Source: Klebsormidium nitens
Lineage: Eukaryota; Plantae; Klebsormidiophyceae
DNA: 64,000 nt
Assembly (NCBI GenBank): GCA_000708835.1
Contig: DF237443.1
Span: 1-64,000 of the forward strand
Reading direction: 5' to 3'
Part shown: in pieces, positions 23,052 through 37,300 of the stretch
Layout of the letters: every line of letters starts with the position of its first letter
Position numbering within the stretch: the first letter of the stretch is position 1
Program-made: the position numbers and the translations under genes
The notes under the pieces: generated by a model
Told to the model about the DNA's origin: nothing
Seen by the model: only the letters and a program-made list of their open reading frames with translations
The model's database searches: none

Positions 23052-25830
23052 TCACTTCGTGGTCGCTTTCTTCTTGGCGGGCCCCACTTGGCCGAACTGC
23101 ACCTTGACCCCCGCGAAGCCTGGCCGGAAGAGGTCCTTGGAGAAGTCGTAGACCATGGCCTCGTGCAGCGTCACCCCGATGCCCTGCCACGTCCACACCC
23201 GGATCTTGGCCTCGCCCGTGAGGCCCACCCCGACCCACCCCACCCCCGACAGCGCCACGTCCAGGCTGCTGCGCTCCCACGAGTCCCCCGCCACGTCGAT
23301 CGTGCGCGGCTGCCACTTGCCCAGCGCTGCCACGCGCTCCCAGTCGCCCTCCGGCGGCACGAGCGTGCTGCCGCAGTGCTTCTCCAGCGTGGCCTGCGCC
23401 GTCGCCGTCTTGCCCAGGTGCGTCACCACGTCCGCCGAGGCCCACACCGTGAGGTAGATGGTGGCGCCCGGCGCGGCCAGCACGTCGATGCGCGCCAGGC
23501 CCCCCACGTGCACCGACTGCCCGACGGCGGTGCGGTACGTGCGTGGGGTGAGCGGCTTGCGCGGCAGCACGAGGCGCAGCTCGTCGGGCGTGAGGCGCGT
23601 GGTGGCCTGGTGCGGGTGCAGCAGGCCGGGCGTGTCGAAGAGGCGCACCTTGTTGGGCAGCACCCCGTCCAGCGGCACCACCCCGACCGTCGTCCCCGGC
23701 ACGCCCGCCTCCGTCAGCGCGGGCCGCCGCGTCTCGTTCACCTTGCCCAGCGCGTTGATCAGGCTGGACTTGCCCGCGTTCTGCGCCCCAATGACCCACA
23801 CGTCCCCGCGCGGGCCGGCCAGCGTGCACAGCGTGTGCGACAGGTCGCGGATGCCGTACACCTTGAGGCTGCTCACGATGCTCACCGCCGCCAGAGGGGG
23901 GGCACCCGCTGCGCGCGCGCGCCGCCGCACCCACTGCTCCAGGCGGACGTGGCCCACCACCTTGGGCAGCAGGTCCACCTGCGCGCAGAGGAGGGGCGGG
24001 AAGCAGGGTCAGGGGGTGGCAGGTACGAGGACACGAGGACGGGATGGAGGGAATAGGAGGACAAAGTTATGAGCACGTGCGCGGATGACTTCTCGACTAG
24101 TGTGCCTGCTGCGGGAGTTCGATGTGCGATGGTTACCTTATTGACGACGAGCACAAGCCGCGGCGAAGCGGTGGGGTTGTCTGCCTCCACTTGGAGCAGC
24201 ACATCGGCGGCGCGGCGCGGGAACGAGCCGTCGAAGTCCGCTGCGTCCACCACCATGGCCACCACGGGGCGAGGCCGGCCGGGCGCAGTCTTGCGCAGGC
24301 GACCACCAATGACGCGCTCAAAGTCGAAGTCGGGCAGCAGGTTCTCGAGGGCCCGGTCCTTGACCTTCCTGCACACACATACAGGAGACCCGTCATACCC
24401 CGGCCAGGCCCCTGTATGCTGTGCATCGTTTGGGGAGGTCGCACCAGGCTCAGTGGCAAGGTTCAACATCTTCGCCGCTGTTGCCGGGGCCCAGTCCGAC
24501 CTGCTGGGCAGCATGGCTGCCGCTCTGACCAGGCGAGCAGATCGGCGGCGGCCCTCACCCGGTGTGGCGCAGGGCATGGCAGCGCGTGCACACCACAGCC
24601 TTCTCCCGCTCCACCTCCTGCTCCACGCGCGGTGCGCGCCGGCGCCGCTCCTGGGCTGGGCCCCCGGCCTCGTCGGCATCGTCCTCGTCGTCCAGGAAGC
24701 CGTCCAGCTGCGCTGCGCTGGCCAGCAGGCCCGCGTCCAGCCCCGGCGGGAGCGCCACGGTGCGCAGGCCGGCCAGCGCCTCGTCCACGCTGCTGTAGCC
24801 AATGGCGGCCAGGTCCTCCGCGGAGATGTCCTGCTCCTCCTCCTCCAGCAGCGCGTCCCACTCCGCAGCAGGGTCCACGCGCCGGGGCGGGGCCGCCTCC
24901 TCCACCACCAGGCCCTGCGCCTTGAGCGCCTCCGCCTCCTCGTCTGACAGCACCTGCGCAGGCCAACAGAGCAGCGGGGCATATGAGAACACGCATGAAA
25001 TCCGCGAGCGGCCAAGGACGGGGGAGCATGCTGCCAATCACACAGTGCCCAGGCTGCACCCAAGTTCACAGATTTGACAAAGACACAACATGTAAGCTCT
25101 GCCCCCAGTGCGGCTCGCCCTGATGGGCGCTCCTGCCGCGGCTCACCCTGGCGGCCAGCCGGTCCTGGTCGCCGCGGGGCTCCTCCTTGGGCCGCCGGTA
25201 GTAGCCCGGCAGCGCGGGCTGCTTGTCCTGCATCTGCACGCCGCACCCCGGGCAGATGGGTGGGCCCCGCATACGCGACGTCAGCTGCACCCCCACCCCC
25301 CCACGCACCTCCCCCTCACTGGGGCCAGGCACCCCTGTCTCGTGCACAGCAGCCTGGAGCCGCTGCAGCGTCCGCTCCCGGCGCTCCGTGGGGGTCAGCT
25401 TGCGCGGCGCAATGGCCGGTACCCCCGACCCCTGCTCCCCCCGCTGGCTGTGTGCAGCGCTGGAGTGTTCGCGCGCGGCCGCCGGCGACCTGAGCGCCCC
25501 GCTGGTCACAGGGCCACCAGGGGAGGATGCCAGGCCTAGGGGCGCATGGTGCCCCAGCCCAGCCTGTGGGGGTTGGACTGTTCCTCCAAGTGCAAATGGC
25601 GCCCCTCCCCCCCAGTTGGCCGCAGCCCAGCCTGGCAGTGGTGAGGTCAGCGGAGCATGCTGGAGGGCCGTGAGGGTGTGATGGCCGGGGTGGTGGCACG
25701 TGGCAGGGCCAGCGCTGGAGGCCAGGCGCAGCGCAGCGCCCTGGGGCAGCGGCTGCGCAGCCCGGGCCAAGCCTGCAGCGAGCGGCATCAGGGGGAAGCG
25801 AAACACACGCACAGCTGAGCTGCACTGCAT
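23052..25830 (-). CDS. BPG2: Plastid YqeH-family circularly permuted GTPase (BPG2-like); exons ~25830-25147, 24953-24559, 24368-24137, 23978-23052
   Basis: Zn finger CPGCG...CTRCHALRH, LLPDFDF, VVDAADFDGS, NKVDLLP (G4), GAQNAGKSSLIN (G1), PGTT (G2), DTPG (G3). GT-AG junctions join in frame; N-terminus is transit-peptide-like. Confidence 0.9.
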
Positions 25831-26520
25831 TCAAGACACGGCGAATGGCTGGCGCGGAGACACAGGGCGAAAAACTTCACATGGCGCGCCGCTGTTAAAC
25901 GTCAATCAAGAGATACCTGACCAGCACTGCAGCTATCAGAAATGCCTCTCCATCCCGTTTCGGAATTGCGCGGCGCTTCGCCACCATTTTGGTGGTCCTC
26001 CTTGGATGCTTGGACCAATTCGTTAACAATTATGCACGCGGTCTGACGCCAGTTCTGAAGCCCTCTTTGTCGACGGTTCTTCTTCATTTAATATGTAACA
26101 GTACTCCCTGCAATTCGAGTCTGCGTCACACCGCGCCACGTCGGGCAGCCACCGTTACCGCTATGTAAGATCTTACCCATTGGAATTTTGCAGACCTACA
26201 AATTCAATCGAACGGCCTTCAAATCTGCCGAAGATCCTGAGCACTCCCTTTGGGTGCTCGAGTCAGACTCATACTAGAACCTATCATGTACTATTAATAT
26301 TAGTCTATGTATAGGTCCCAGGTCCAGGCCTCTGATCAATCTGTTCACACTGCAGGATACTTAGGCGGGTGATCAAGCTGCTGAGCCTGAGCCTGAGGCC
26401 TGCACAATTGTCTTCATACCAGATCAGATTGCCCCATTCAGAGTGACACGAGGCCTTCAGGGTTTTGCGGGGCTCAGGAAGCTCTAAGTGGCGGTGCGGT
26501 GTGCTGGAGCAGCAGTGCGC

Positions 26521-29500
26521 ATGGCCTTGCAAGTGAGCTGCACTGCAAGCTGGCAGTGGCCCAATTGACGATCTACTTTTGGCACCTGCAGATCTTCTTC
26601 AGCTGTGAACCATCATCCATAATCAGCCACATGTTTGCACACAACTTTGTTGCATCCTAGATTGGTAGTAGGTTACGTCTCTTGCGCTTCCTCACTTTTC
26701 GCCCTCTCACAGGCATACAGGGCGGCGCTCTTCCTTGGGTCTGGAGCTTTGAACTTCACGCGGAATGCTTATCTGTAGGTGACCTGTCCCACTGCGCAAA
26801 CCTTGTGCTGCTGGTGAACTGCAAGATGATTCCTCTGACCTGGTTGTTTTCCCATCACATGGCGAGAAGTTTTGATATCTCAGCTCAGCACCGTGATCCT
26901 GCGGTAGTTCACAGACATGAACCCTTGTGTGGCTCAGCCTGTCCTCAAACTCCTCTACAAGCTGTGTTGCTTCAGGATGTGTTGCACATTTCTTCATACC
27001 GGCAGTAAAAGAAGGAAAGATGAAAGGTGGCAGGAACTTGGGCGTGCTTCTGCGTGCCGGCTTGGCCGTGTTCCTGACGGTGTGCTCTCTCTGGTGGTGC
27101 GCGTGCAGGAAGCATGCCCAGTCCTTCAGCGAGGCGGACCTCGACGTGGACCTCACCGGCCAGTACGCCATCATCTCGGGTGAGCCCGGCAGCCGCCTCC
27201 TGTGTGCCGTTACGGCCGCTGGCCGTTGTATCTGCCATCTCTGGCCTGCTGGAGGCCTGGCTCCTGTGGACGGGGACTGCAGCCGCCTCTCCTTTCACAG
27301 CCCCCGGCGTGTCTGCAAGCATCTGCACCCTGACCAGCGTGCGACGTCTTCCCAGGGGGGAGCGCTGGCATTGGGCGCGCGCTGGCAGAGGGCTTAGCCA
27401 CACGGTGAGGGGCGGCAGGGCAGCCCTCGCAGTCCCTTGCGCCGTGCCGCAGCAGCCTGGGTAGCACCCCTGCCCTTGCAGGACAAGACTCTTCTGGCCC
27501 AGACGAATTCCACGGGGTTGCTTGCGCTGAGGCTGCTTGGTGCACTAGTCTGCACCGGGGTTCTGTCTGGCCCCCTGCTTCTCCTGGTGACCATCACTAN
27601 NNNNNNNNNNNNNNNNNNNNNNNNNNNNNNNNNNNNNNNNNNNNNNNNNNNNNNNNNNNNNNNNNNNNNNNNNNNNNNNNNNNNNNNNNNNNNNNNNNNN
27701 NNNNNNNNNNNNNNNNNNNNNNNNNNNNNNNNNNNNNNNNNNNNNNNNNNNNNNNNNNNNNNNNNNNNNNNNNNNNNNNNNNNNNNNNNNNNNNNNNNNN
27801 NNNNNNNNNNNNNNNNNNNNNNNNNNNNNNNNNNNNNNNNNNNNNNNNNNNNNNNNNNNNNNNNNNNNNNNNNNNNNNNNNNNNNNNNNNNNNNNNNNNN
27901 NNNNNNNNNNNNNNNNNNNNNNNNNNNNNNNNNNNNNNNNNNNNNNNNNNNNNNNNNNNNNNNNNNNNNNNNNNNNNNNNNNNNNNNNNNNNNNNNNNNN
28001 NNNNNNNNNNNNNNNNNNNNNNNNNNNNNNNNNNNNNNNNNNNNNNNNNNNNNNNNNNNNNNNNNNNNNNNNNNNNNNNNNNNNNNNNNNNNNNNNNNNN
28101 NNNNNNNNNNNNNNNNNNNNNNNNNNNNNNNNNNNNNNNNNNNNNNNNNNNNNNNNNNNNNNNNNNNNNNNNNNNNNNNNNNNNNNNNNGCAAGATCTTG
28201 CAGGGGGGCTTCAGTGTGCATCCTGTGCCGGAGCCAGGCCAAAGGAGAGGCGGCGGTGCGCGAAATCGCCGCCAGTACCGGCAACCAGCGGCTGTCCTGC
28301 GAGGTGCCGCCCCGTCCGCCCTTTTCTCCACACAGGCAAAATGCCCCTGCCTGACCCCCCCTCAATTCTGAACTCTTGTGCCCTTGTTTGCAGAAGCGGT
28401 GCACTTGGCCATGGAGCTTGCGGCCCCCCCTGCTTGTACAGCTTGGCCGCCCAGGTGCCGAGGGGCCTCTTGAGCGCGCCACCACTGGCAGCGCGTCCTC
28501 TGCGTTGGCCCACCCGTGCTGCCCCTTGTGTGGCAGGCATGTGACGTGTCCAGCCTGGCTGCCGTGCGCGCGTTTGCTGCGGCGTACGTTGCGCGGGGCG
28601 TGCCGCTGCACCTGCTCGTGCACAACGCGGGGGTGATGCTCCACGAGCGGCAGGTCACGCCCGAGGGCGTGGAGGCCAACTTCGCGACCAACACGCTGGG
28701 GCCGTACGCCCTGACGGAGCTGCTGCTGCCGCTGCTGGTACAGAGTGCGCCAGCTAAGGTGGGCCGCCCCGCCCCGCCTGGGGACCCACTCGTGCCGCAG
28801 CTACAGCGCAGCCATGGCCAGCGTGAGGGTGACCGGGGGAAGAGGCACGGGCATGCCCTCCCAGGCAGAGGCAGGGATGCGGACAGCTGCTTGACAGGGT
28901 ATGCGCCACAAAGTGTCTCGTATCATCCACGTGTGTTGCCTAGAGGCTCCTCCAACGGGCCTTTGCCAATGCGACAGGCACGTGTCCACTCTCTCTGCCG
29001 CCGAGGCCGTCCGTCCAATGACCCCGTCGTTGTGCGGTGGCCATGCATGCAGGTGGTGATGGTTTCTACGGGGGGCGTGCTGAGTGAGCCACTGGAGGTG
29101 GACGACGTCGAGTGGGCGCGCAGCGGCCGCTTCAACGGCACGCGCCAGTACGCGCGCAACAAGCGGCAGCAGCTCGCGCTCGTGGAGCACTGGATGGAGG
29201 TGAGCGCGGGCAGAGCGGGAGTACCTGCGACTCTTCCGTGGCTCGCACTGAGGGAAGGCTTCTCTGCTTGTACGGATCTTTTGTCGCTATCACTGCGCCA
29301 TGCAGCCGGAGAGTCCTTTCGGGCGGACTTGCATCCTCGGTGTGCTGCTGCGTGTGCAGGTGGCCCGCACCCCGGGCGTGGCCTTCTTGAGCATGCACCC
29401 CGGGTGGGTGGACACCGCCACGCTGCGCCACGCCATGCCCGCCTTCTACACCAGGTGCGCACCGCGTGGGATCGGAGGCGCGTTGCTGCGATCGGCGTTT

Positions 29501-29971
29501 GGTGGTAAACCAATGTCTTTCTTGCTGCCAGCCTGCCAAGGCACACTGCCAGGTTGCAGCAGCGTGAATGATTGTATTAAGAGGTTTGCCCGCCCGTCGG
29601 GCGGCCCCTGATTGTTCAGCCCCGTGAAGCAGGCTGCGTACTACTTGTCATTAGGGGCCTGCTTGCGAACCCAGCGGATATGTCAGGGACGCTGTGGCTG
29701 AGGTGGATTATTTGCTGCCGTTGGCAGGTTCCGCAGCCGACTGCGAACAGCGGAGCAAGGTGCGGACACGATCTTGTGGCTGGCGTGCGTTGCCAAGGCG
29801 ATGCTGGTGTCGGGGGAGTTTTACTTCGACCGCAACATTGCGGCCAAGCACTTAACCGGAGCTGGCACCCAGTATACACCAAAGCAGAGAGAGAAGCTGT
29901 TCGAGAAAGTCACGAGCATTTACGAGCGGACCTTGACAGGCCTGACTGCGAAAGTTGCCGAAGCTACGTGA
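26521..29971 (+). CDS. DHRS12: DHRS12-like short-chain dehydrogenase/reductase, multi-exon, partly in N-gap
   Basis: MALQ|AYRAALFLGSGALNFTRNAYL|KHAQSFSEADL..., CDVSSL, LVHNAG, catalytic YARNK, MHPGWVDT, RTAEQGADT, SGEFYFDR. Start exon 26521-26532 inferred from splice phase. Confidence 0.88.
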
Positions 29972-31305
29972 GAATCTAAAAGGGCCGTTCGTGTATGGTT
30001 ATAGTCTGGTGGCTTGTTGATGCAACTTGCCCTGGATTACGTGCGTGCCACAAACATCCAGGTGCTGCATGTTTTTTGCCAGTATGTGGTATACGAAATC
30101 CTATTTAAAAACTTATGCAAGTTGTATACGCAGCCTCTTCGTTCTATACCTTCGGCTAATCAAGCACTGACCGTGATCGTGCACACGAGCCAATATTTTG
30201 CAAGACATACTGATGGGCACGGTTCTATACGGCTTAAAATGCTGATTATGCCGACATGCCGGTATGATGGACAGCATGTGTGATCGCATACGATTAACCG
30301 TCAGAGGGCATGTCTGCGTGCTCAGTGATAATCATGGTTGGCTAAGGGATCGACGGCGTTCAATATCCAAATGCTTAACGAAGCCTATATTGCACTTTAA
30401 ACTGTTGGTATGGTGTATAGCGATGTCTAACTATTATTTAGCCGACCGTCAACATGCATAATCATGTTAGGCCGATTAATCATCATCAAGGCGGCGCCAT
30501 ATGCATAAGGCCCATGTGTCTCTCGCGAGCAAAGCCTAGCGGCGCAGACCGCGGACATGGTTGAGTTGAGTACACGATGACCACGCTTCTACATATCCAG
30601 TTTAATCCAATTCATCTTTACATCCTAGCATGTGGACGTAGCGACCATCATGCACAGCTGCTGGTTCTCAGGTCGCCTACTTGCTTCCGAAGCGGCTGTA
30701 ACATTTAGAAAGACAGTACAGCGGTCCATCTGACAATTGGTGATCATGGATCCCCAATCAATTCATTCGGTTCTGAAAAGTTGGTCCAACACCAGCCCGT
30801 AGAATCGAGCAAATGCATTGCAAACTGATGATGGTTGATACATGAATACTACAGTAACAGGTCTTGACGCCACCTCCTGGCCTGGCTAGGTGACTCTGAC
30901 CTCAACTCCTAATGTCTCTATGCATGTATGTGTCCGTCACCCGCTTTCAGATCCTTTTGACTTACGCAAGCATCGTTATTGTTAGGCAAGCCAGGCGATC
31001 ATTGCTAGCATCGACAAAAGGTTGGCTTGCAACTACTTTCGGTCAAAGATAGAAAGCCGCACGTGCCTACGTATGATGGCAGTCAAGATCATCTTACCCT
31101 AGTGATCACGATCGAGTCCTTTCAAGCGTGTAGTTTTTCAACTGTCCCTTTGCTAGTTCGCGTGATCGTTCTACAACTCGGAATGTTGCGTGCAGGGCTT
31201 CAGAACGTCCTTCCTTTGCATGCGGAAATTGCTGCGTATTACTGATTGCGGATGCAACCTACTCCTCAAACGGAGTAGCGGACGCCAGTCCATGGCTTTC
31301 AGTAT

Positions 31306-34300
31306 CTAGCTGGTGTGCCAGTGCTGCAACACCTGGCCCAACTTCTGCTTGTCCAACGGCTTTGCTGCACACGAAAGAATGATAACAGCGTGAACCGGTG
31401 CCATGCCAGGCTACTTTCTGTCCTGGAGCAGACCTTGGGGCGTTGGCGTCGATCGGGTTATATCGAGCCTCGCTCTTTCACGCACCACGTTGGGACACGT
31501 GCTTGGAACAAGTTAAAATAAAGAATATTACATGACCTGGGAAACGAAGCATCTTTAGCAGGCAAAGCCTCGGCTCAGCCGTTGCAAAGTACTCGACAAC
31601 GAAGCTGGATCTCGATACGGACAAGGAGCCGATGAAACTTCAACTCGGGTGCGCAACAAGTTGTTGGTAACCTGCTGCTGTCCAGCTATTTGAGGACGAC
31701 AAGTGCTGCAGAAGATCTTCGGGTCCGCCCAAAGAAAATCCATGTTCCACATCGCAGCAAGGTGCTGTAGCACACAACTATGACCATTGCCAGAGACAAC
31801 AATCGAGGACGGAGAAACTGCAGCAAGCCTGCTGTGATCGGCGATGCAGGGGGCCCGACATGGGCGGGGGTGGGCGCTTACCCAGGTAGTCGTCCATGCC
31901 GGCGGCCATGCACTTCTCGCGCGTGCCCTTCATAACGTCTGCACGCACCAGGGACGAGCGACAGAGTCAGTTCGAGGCCACACGCCGACTATGGCTGCCC
32001 GGCTCAGCTGGGGGCCGCGCGCACCGGGGAGCTTGAGATGATGCCCGCTGCTTTGTCTCCCTTCCATGACCACCGAGCAAGCCAAGCCGGAAGAACCTAC
32101 ACGGCCCCGTGGGTGGGAAGCTGCTCACCGGCTGTGAGGGCGATGATGGGCATCCGCGGCAGCTCCAGCGGGGCGAGACCGAGGCCCGAGGCACCGCCTG
32201 CCGCTGCAGTGGCGACCTTGTTGGCCAGCCGCGTCTTCCATTGCAGCAGCACCCCGCGTGGGCCCCCCGGCGCGCTCCTGCCGCTGGTTTCACAGGTGGA
32301 GGCCTCGGGCGCGGCGAGCTCCGCCAGGCAGCGGGCCTCCACCTCGCGGATGCGCGACGTGGCAGTGTACCTGCAGCAGCGAGGAGACAGCCGCTCACAC
32401 GCACGGCAGGAGAAAGTCGGGCCAAGTACTGGGACTGGCACGGCCGCCTGGAGCGCATCCGGCCGAGCGAAAGAACATCGGTCCATGCAAGCGTTTGGCC
32501 GTGCAGAGGGTTCAAGACTTCGGGCCGGTTTGCAGTATGGACCTTTGAGCCAGCTGCAACCATCGTGGGCACCATGGTGCGCCTTGGGCCGCTTGAGCCC
32601 CATGCGCGCGCTCACCCGTCCATGCCGGGCATCTGCACGTCCATCAGGATGGCGTCGAAGGGCGGCCCCTCCCCCGCGAGGTGCCGCTGGAACGCGTCGA
32701 TGGCGGCCTGCCCGCTATCGGCGCACACGGCGGTGGCGCGCATGCTCTCGAGCATGCGGGAGGCCACCTTGCGGTTGATGGGGCTGTCGTCCACCACCAG
32801 CACGGCCAGCCCCTCCAGCGCGCGCCCCGGCATGCCCGCGTCCAGTGGCGTGCGCGGCGACGCCCCCTCCGCGCTGCTCGCAGGGGCCCCGCGCAGGCTG
32901 GGCTGCGGGGTGGGGTCCCCCGGGGGTGTCACAGGGCCCGGCTCTGCCGCGTCCGCCCCCTGCACGATCCTGAGCAGCGCCAGCCGGAGGGCCTGCTCCC
33001 GCAGCGGCCCTTCCATGACGGCCGCCCACCCCAGGCGCTCCGCTGCGGCGCCGTCCGCGGGCTGCCCCACCACGGCCACCAGTGCGGGCTCCCGCCCCCT
33101 TCCTAGGCCCCGCAACTGGGTGGTCAACACAGGGAGCACATCCAGATCGGGGCCCTCCAGGTGCGCCACCACCACGCTGGGGGGGCCCGGCGGCTCCTCC
33201 GTGTGCTGCAGCCCCGCAAGGGGACCGTCCAAGGTACGCGGAGCGAGCTTCAACAACTCGCCCGACAATCCCCTCCGCACACTGCCCAGGCTGGGACTGC
33301 CGTCGCTGAAGCTGCTACCGGAGCCGCCTGACGTGGAAGCCTCGGAGGAGGATGAGCCGCTGAGAGAGAGGGAGGCGGGGTGGCTGGTGCGTGGGGAAAC
33401 TCGGAGCTGGCGCAGGTAGCTGGCTGCGACCTCAGCACGTACCGGATTGCGGTCGACGACCAGGGCGCGCAGGCCGGCAAATGCTGCCAACAGAGGAGCA
33501 GAGCGGGGTGAAGTGCGGCAGGGGGTGCAGGGCCAGACAGCGACGGCATGAGGGGAAGAAGCGAGAGGCACCGAAGCAGTTGAGCCAGGCGGGTCAGTCG
33601 GCAGGAGACATGCAAACAGCAGGGCGCTAAAGACTTGTCGTGCAGCGGCAGCGAGGCTAGGCCACAACTCACGCGACGGCTTGTCAGGGATTGGCAGCGG
33701 CTCTGCGACGGGGCTGCCCGCTTTGGGCGACGTTGGGGGGTCGAGGCGGACGTGGAACTGGAAGAGGCTGCCCCGCTCCACCTGGCTGGCCACTGCCATG
33801 CCACCGTGCATCAACTTGGCCAACCGGTGCGAGATGTTCAGCCCGATGCCCGTCCCGCCGAAGTTCCTGCACGCACCACAACACCGGCATGTCACCCGCC
33901 AGCATTATTGTGCGGCTCGACACCAGTCGGTTCGTGCACCCGCCGTGCAAGATGAATGTTGGAAAGAACGGGCAAGAAGTGCTGTAAGGGCGGTTGTGAG
34001 CTGATAAGCAGCTTGTGACGCCCGAATCACACTTGCATCCAGCCAGAGACGGCCAGGATTCCGGGTGCAGTATGCGTGCAGGACGAGGGGCCTGGCGCGG
34101 TGGTCACCTGCTGGTGCTGCTGTCCACCTGGCAGAAGGGGCGGAAGAGGCGGTCCCGGGCGTCCGCCGGCATGCCGATGCCCGTGTCCTGCAACAAAGGG
34201 ATGTCAACAACTTGTGTGCAAGGTCAGGGCGGCACAAGGCCAGCCCGTCCAGAAAGAAGCAACGATACATTAGCTTCCGTCAGTCAACGATTGGGTACGT

Positions 34301-37300
34301 CTTCATCCACGTCGGCCGCGATGAAGCAAGGCTGGACGAACTTCTCTTCAAAGTACAGGTAGGCCCCGAGTAGGGAACATTGCAACACATCGATGTTGTA
34401 GGCCCCAGCCACCGGGCGACCTCTACTCAGGAAGGTGACTGGTCAGGATACAGCGGGAGGCGTGCTCACCTCCACTGTGAACGCGATGTGCATCTCCCCG
34501 GTCTCGGCTGCGAGGTCTCGTGCGCGCCAGCCGGCGTGCTGGAAGCGGGCCACCTGGTGCACGGAGCAGGCGGGGCTGGCGGGGGCCAGGCTCAGGTGCA
34601 CCGTGCCCGCCACCTCCAGCTGCTCCAGCGCAGCGTCCTGCCGCACCGTAGCAGAGCACATTCAGGGGGCGGAGCAAGCACCGGGGAAGATTACTCAATA
34701 GAGGCGGGGCCAGCGGGAAAGAGTGCTGGAAAAGCGGCAATCCATGGAGGCGGCAGCTCCAAGGGAAATGCAGCCCGACCGGGATCTTCTTGCAGGAAAG
34801 TGGACACCAAAAGTGCGGCAGAGCAGGTACATCCCAGCAGCGTCCACCGAGCCTCGCCTTCCCAGTCGCGCTGGCCCAGATCACCACAGCCTCTTCTGGT
34901 GGCCCCCATCCGGTGCTCTCACCTCGAGCCAGACGACCTCGGTGGGCGCCACCTTGACGAAGCCGTCCTCCATGGCCGGGCGCCGTGCCACCTCCTCCGG
35001 CTCCACATGCAGCGGCCCTCCGTTGGGCGCCAGCCGTCGGCGCCGCTTGAGCACCCGTAGGAGGCCGGCAGGGGGGGCCCCCTGCTCGCGGGCGCTGCGC
35101 GGGGGGCTCTCGCGGCCGTCCATGTCGATGGCAACTTGGCCGGAGGGCTTGCCGGTCAGGGGCCGCGGATTGCGGATCTGGACCGTGATCATGACGTGGC
35201 CGCTCTTGGTGAACTGCAAACAAGAGCCTCTTGTCAGTCGCCAAACCAGTAGGGAACAAAGAAGGGACTCGTACCAATGAAAGTACCCTTGATAGATTTG
35301 AAGGGGCAAGGGACCCCGTTATTCCCCATCGTCGTACCTACGAGGTGAACTTTGACTAGTGGGACGTACGATGTGAATCTCATCTGAAACCATTCGCAAT
35401 CTCAACGTTCCTGCACAACAGGGTACCAGCACATCCGACAGCAGGATGCTGCGGGGGGCGCAGGCAGGCATGGGCGGGGGTGCACCTTGAGCGCGTTGCT
35501 GACGAGGTTGATCAGGATCTGGCGCACGCGCACGGGGTCACCGACGAGCGTGGCGGGCACGGCGTCCTGCACGAGCGCCGCCAGCTGGAGGCCCTTGTCG
35601 CGCGCCTTGTCCACGAACAGGTTCACCACCGTCTCCACCAGCGGGCGCACCGCAAACGCAATGTGCTCGATCTCCATGTGGCCCGCCTCGATCTTGCTCA
35701 GGTCTGCACAGCACAGCGGCAGCACACACGAGTCAGGAAAAGGAGCCGGACGGAAGCAAGCGGCATGACTACTCCAGTAGGATGTAACTAGGGGAGAGAG
35801 TAAGCAGGCAAGCTGCACAAGAGCAGACCGAGCAAACGTGTGGCAAATTTGGCGACCAGCAGTTAAGCATAAAACTAGGCGCGCAGAGCGATGCCGAGCA
35901 CGCTGTGGTATAAGGAGACGTGCAGGGTTGAGGCTGACCCAGGACGTCGTTAATGAGGGCGACCAGCGCGTCCCCGCTGGTTCTGGCGGTGCGCACGTAC
36001 TCCTTCTGCTGCATGTCCTGCACGATGCGCACCACACGGAATTGCTCAGCGACAACACGACCAGCACGGCCAGGCTGGACCGAGGGGGCCACCAACAAGG
36101 GGGCCGGCAGACGTGTGTGAAGTGCAGACTGGGGAAATGGCGGGCAGACGACTACTGAACGACCTTCTACTTCGCGGTGCCTGGCCGGCCCTAAGTCGTG
36201 CCGGCCGGACGCAGGGCTGTGGTGGCGTGGTGTGCGCACCAGGTCAGTCTCGGCCATGAGGCCAATCATGCCGAGGATGCCGTTCATGGGCGTGCGGATC
36301 TCGTGCGACACCGTCGCGATGAAGCTCGACTTGGCCGCATCCGCCGCCTCCGCTGCCTCCTTGGCGGCCGCCATGTTCACGTTCAGCTCCGCCAGCTGCA
36401 CGAAGCACGCCGGGGCAGGGTCAGGCAGGCCGCCCAGAGAGCGGCAGAGACGAGGCGGGGCACGTTAAGGGCAGCCAGGCTGGACAGTGAGCAGACAAGG
36501 CAGGGAGCAAAACAAACCTTGTCCAAGGGCATCAACTCGTCCTTGGGATGTGGCGCTCCTATGCAGACTGTGGCGGGATACTAAAACTCGTAGCCAGAGC
36601 AAAAGAGTGGTAGATTTGCACAACTTCGTCGTGAGCTGGGACCTCAAAAGGTGGCGAAAAATACGGAATCGATTGGACTGGATCGGGAAGCATCAGAGGT
36701 AGCCTGGGCCTGCACGTCCTTGCCCCATCCACAGCCATGATCAAACCCGGTTTGTGAGGCTGTCCCCGTCTGGTGGCGGGGTGGGCGGGTGCGGCTCACC
36801 TGGTCGCGCTCCTTCTTGAAGCCCTTCATGGCCAGCAGGAGCAGGCCCGCGATGACCACCAGCAAGATGGCCACCAGCGAGAACAGCAGCCAGCTCCAGC
36901 CTGCGACCAGCCACCCACGCCACGTCACTAAGAGGGAGCATTCCCGTCAACATGCCAGGACCTCGGAAGTACCGACACGAAACATTGTGCAGAGCTTAAA
37001 AGAGGTCTCAACATCATTGCCGCATAGCATATCCGCCTTGAGAGACGTTCACATACAGCAAATACTCGGACGCCCAGTGCGGTGTGGCTCAATGGCGGTC
37101 CCAGGCTCACCTGCTCTGAGGCCGTGGATGTAGGGCATGGCCGGCTTGCGGCAGCGGATCTGGAACTGGCGCTGCCCGAAGCTAAAGGGGATCTCCGCGT
37201 CGGAGCGCCAGTGGTCCGTGAGAATGGTGCTGTTGGGGGGGAGGGGGCTTACGTCGAAGCTCTGAGAGACAGACAGCGTAAGGTCATGAACTCGTCAAAA

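Noticed and set aside
3446-28644. ORFs in the track that contain long X runs
   Set aside because: Artefacts of translating through N-gaps.
22893-36067. Many long overlapping or antisense ORFs (e.g. 22893-24056, 32109-33419, 23882-25246)
   Set aside because: Shadows of GC-rich coding exons on the other strand or frame; Arg/Ala/Pro-rich with no motifs.
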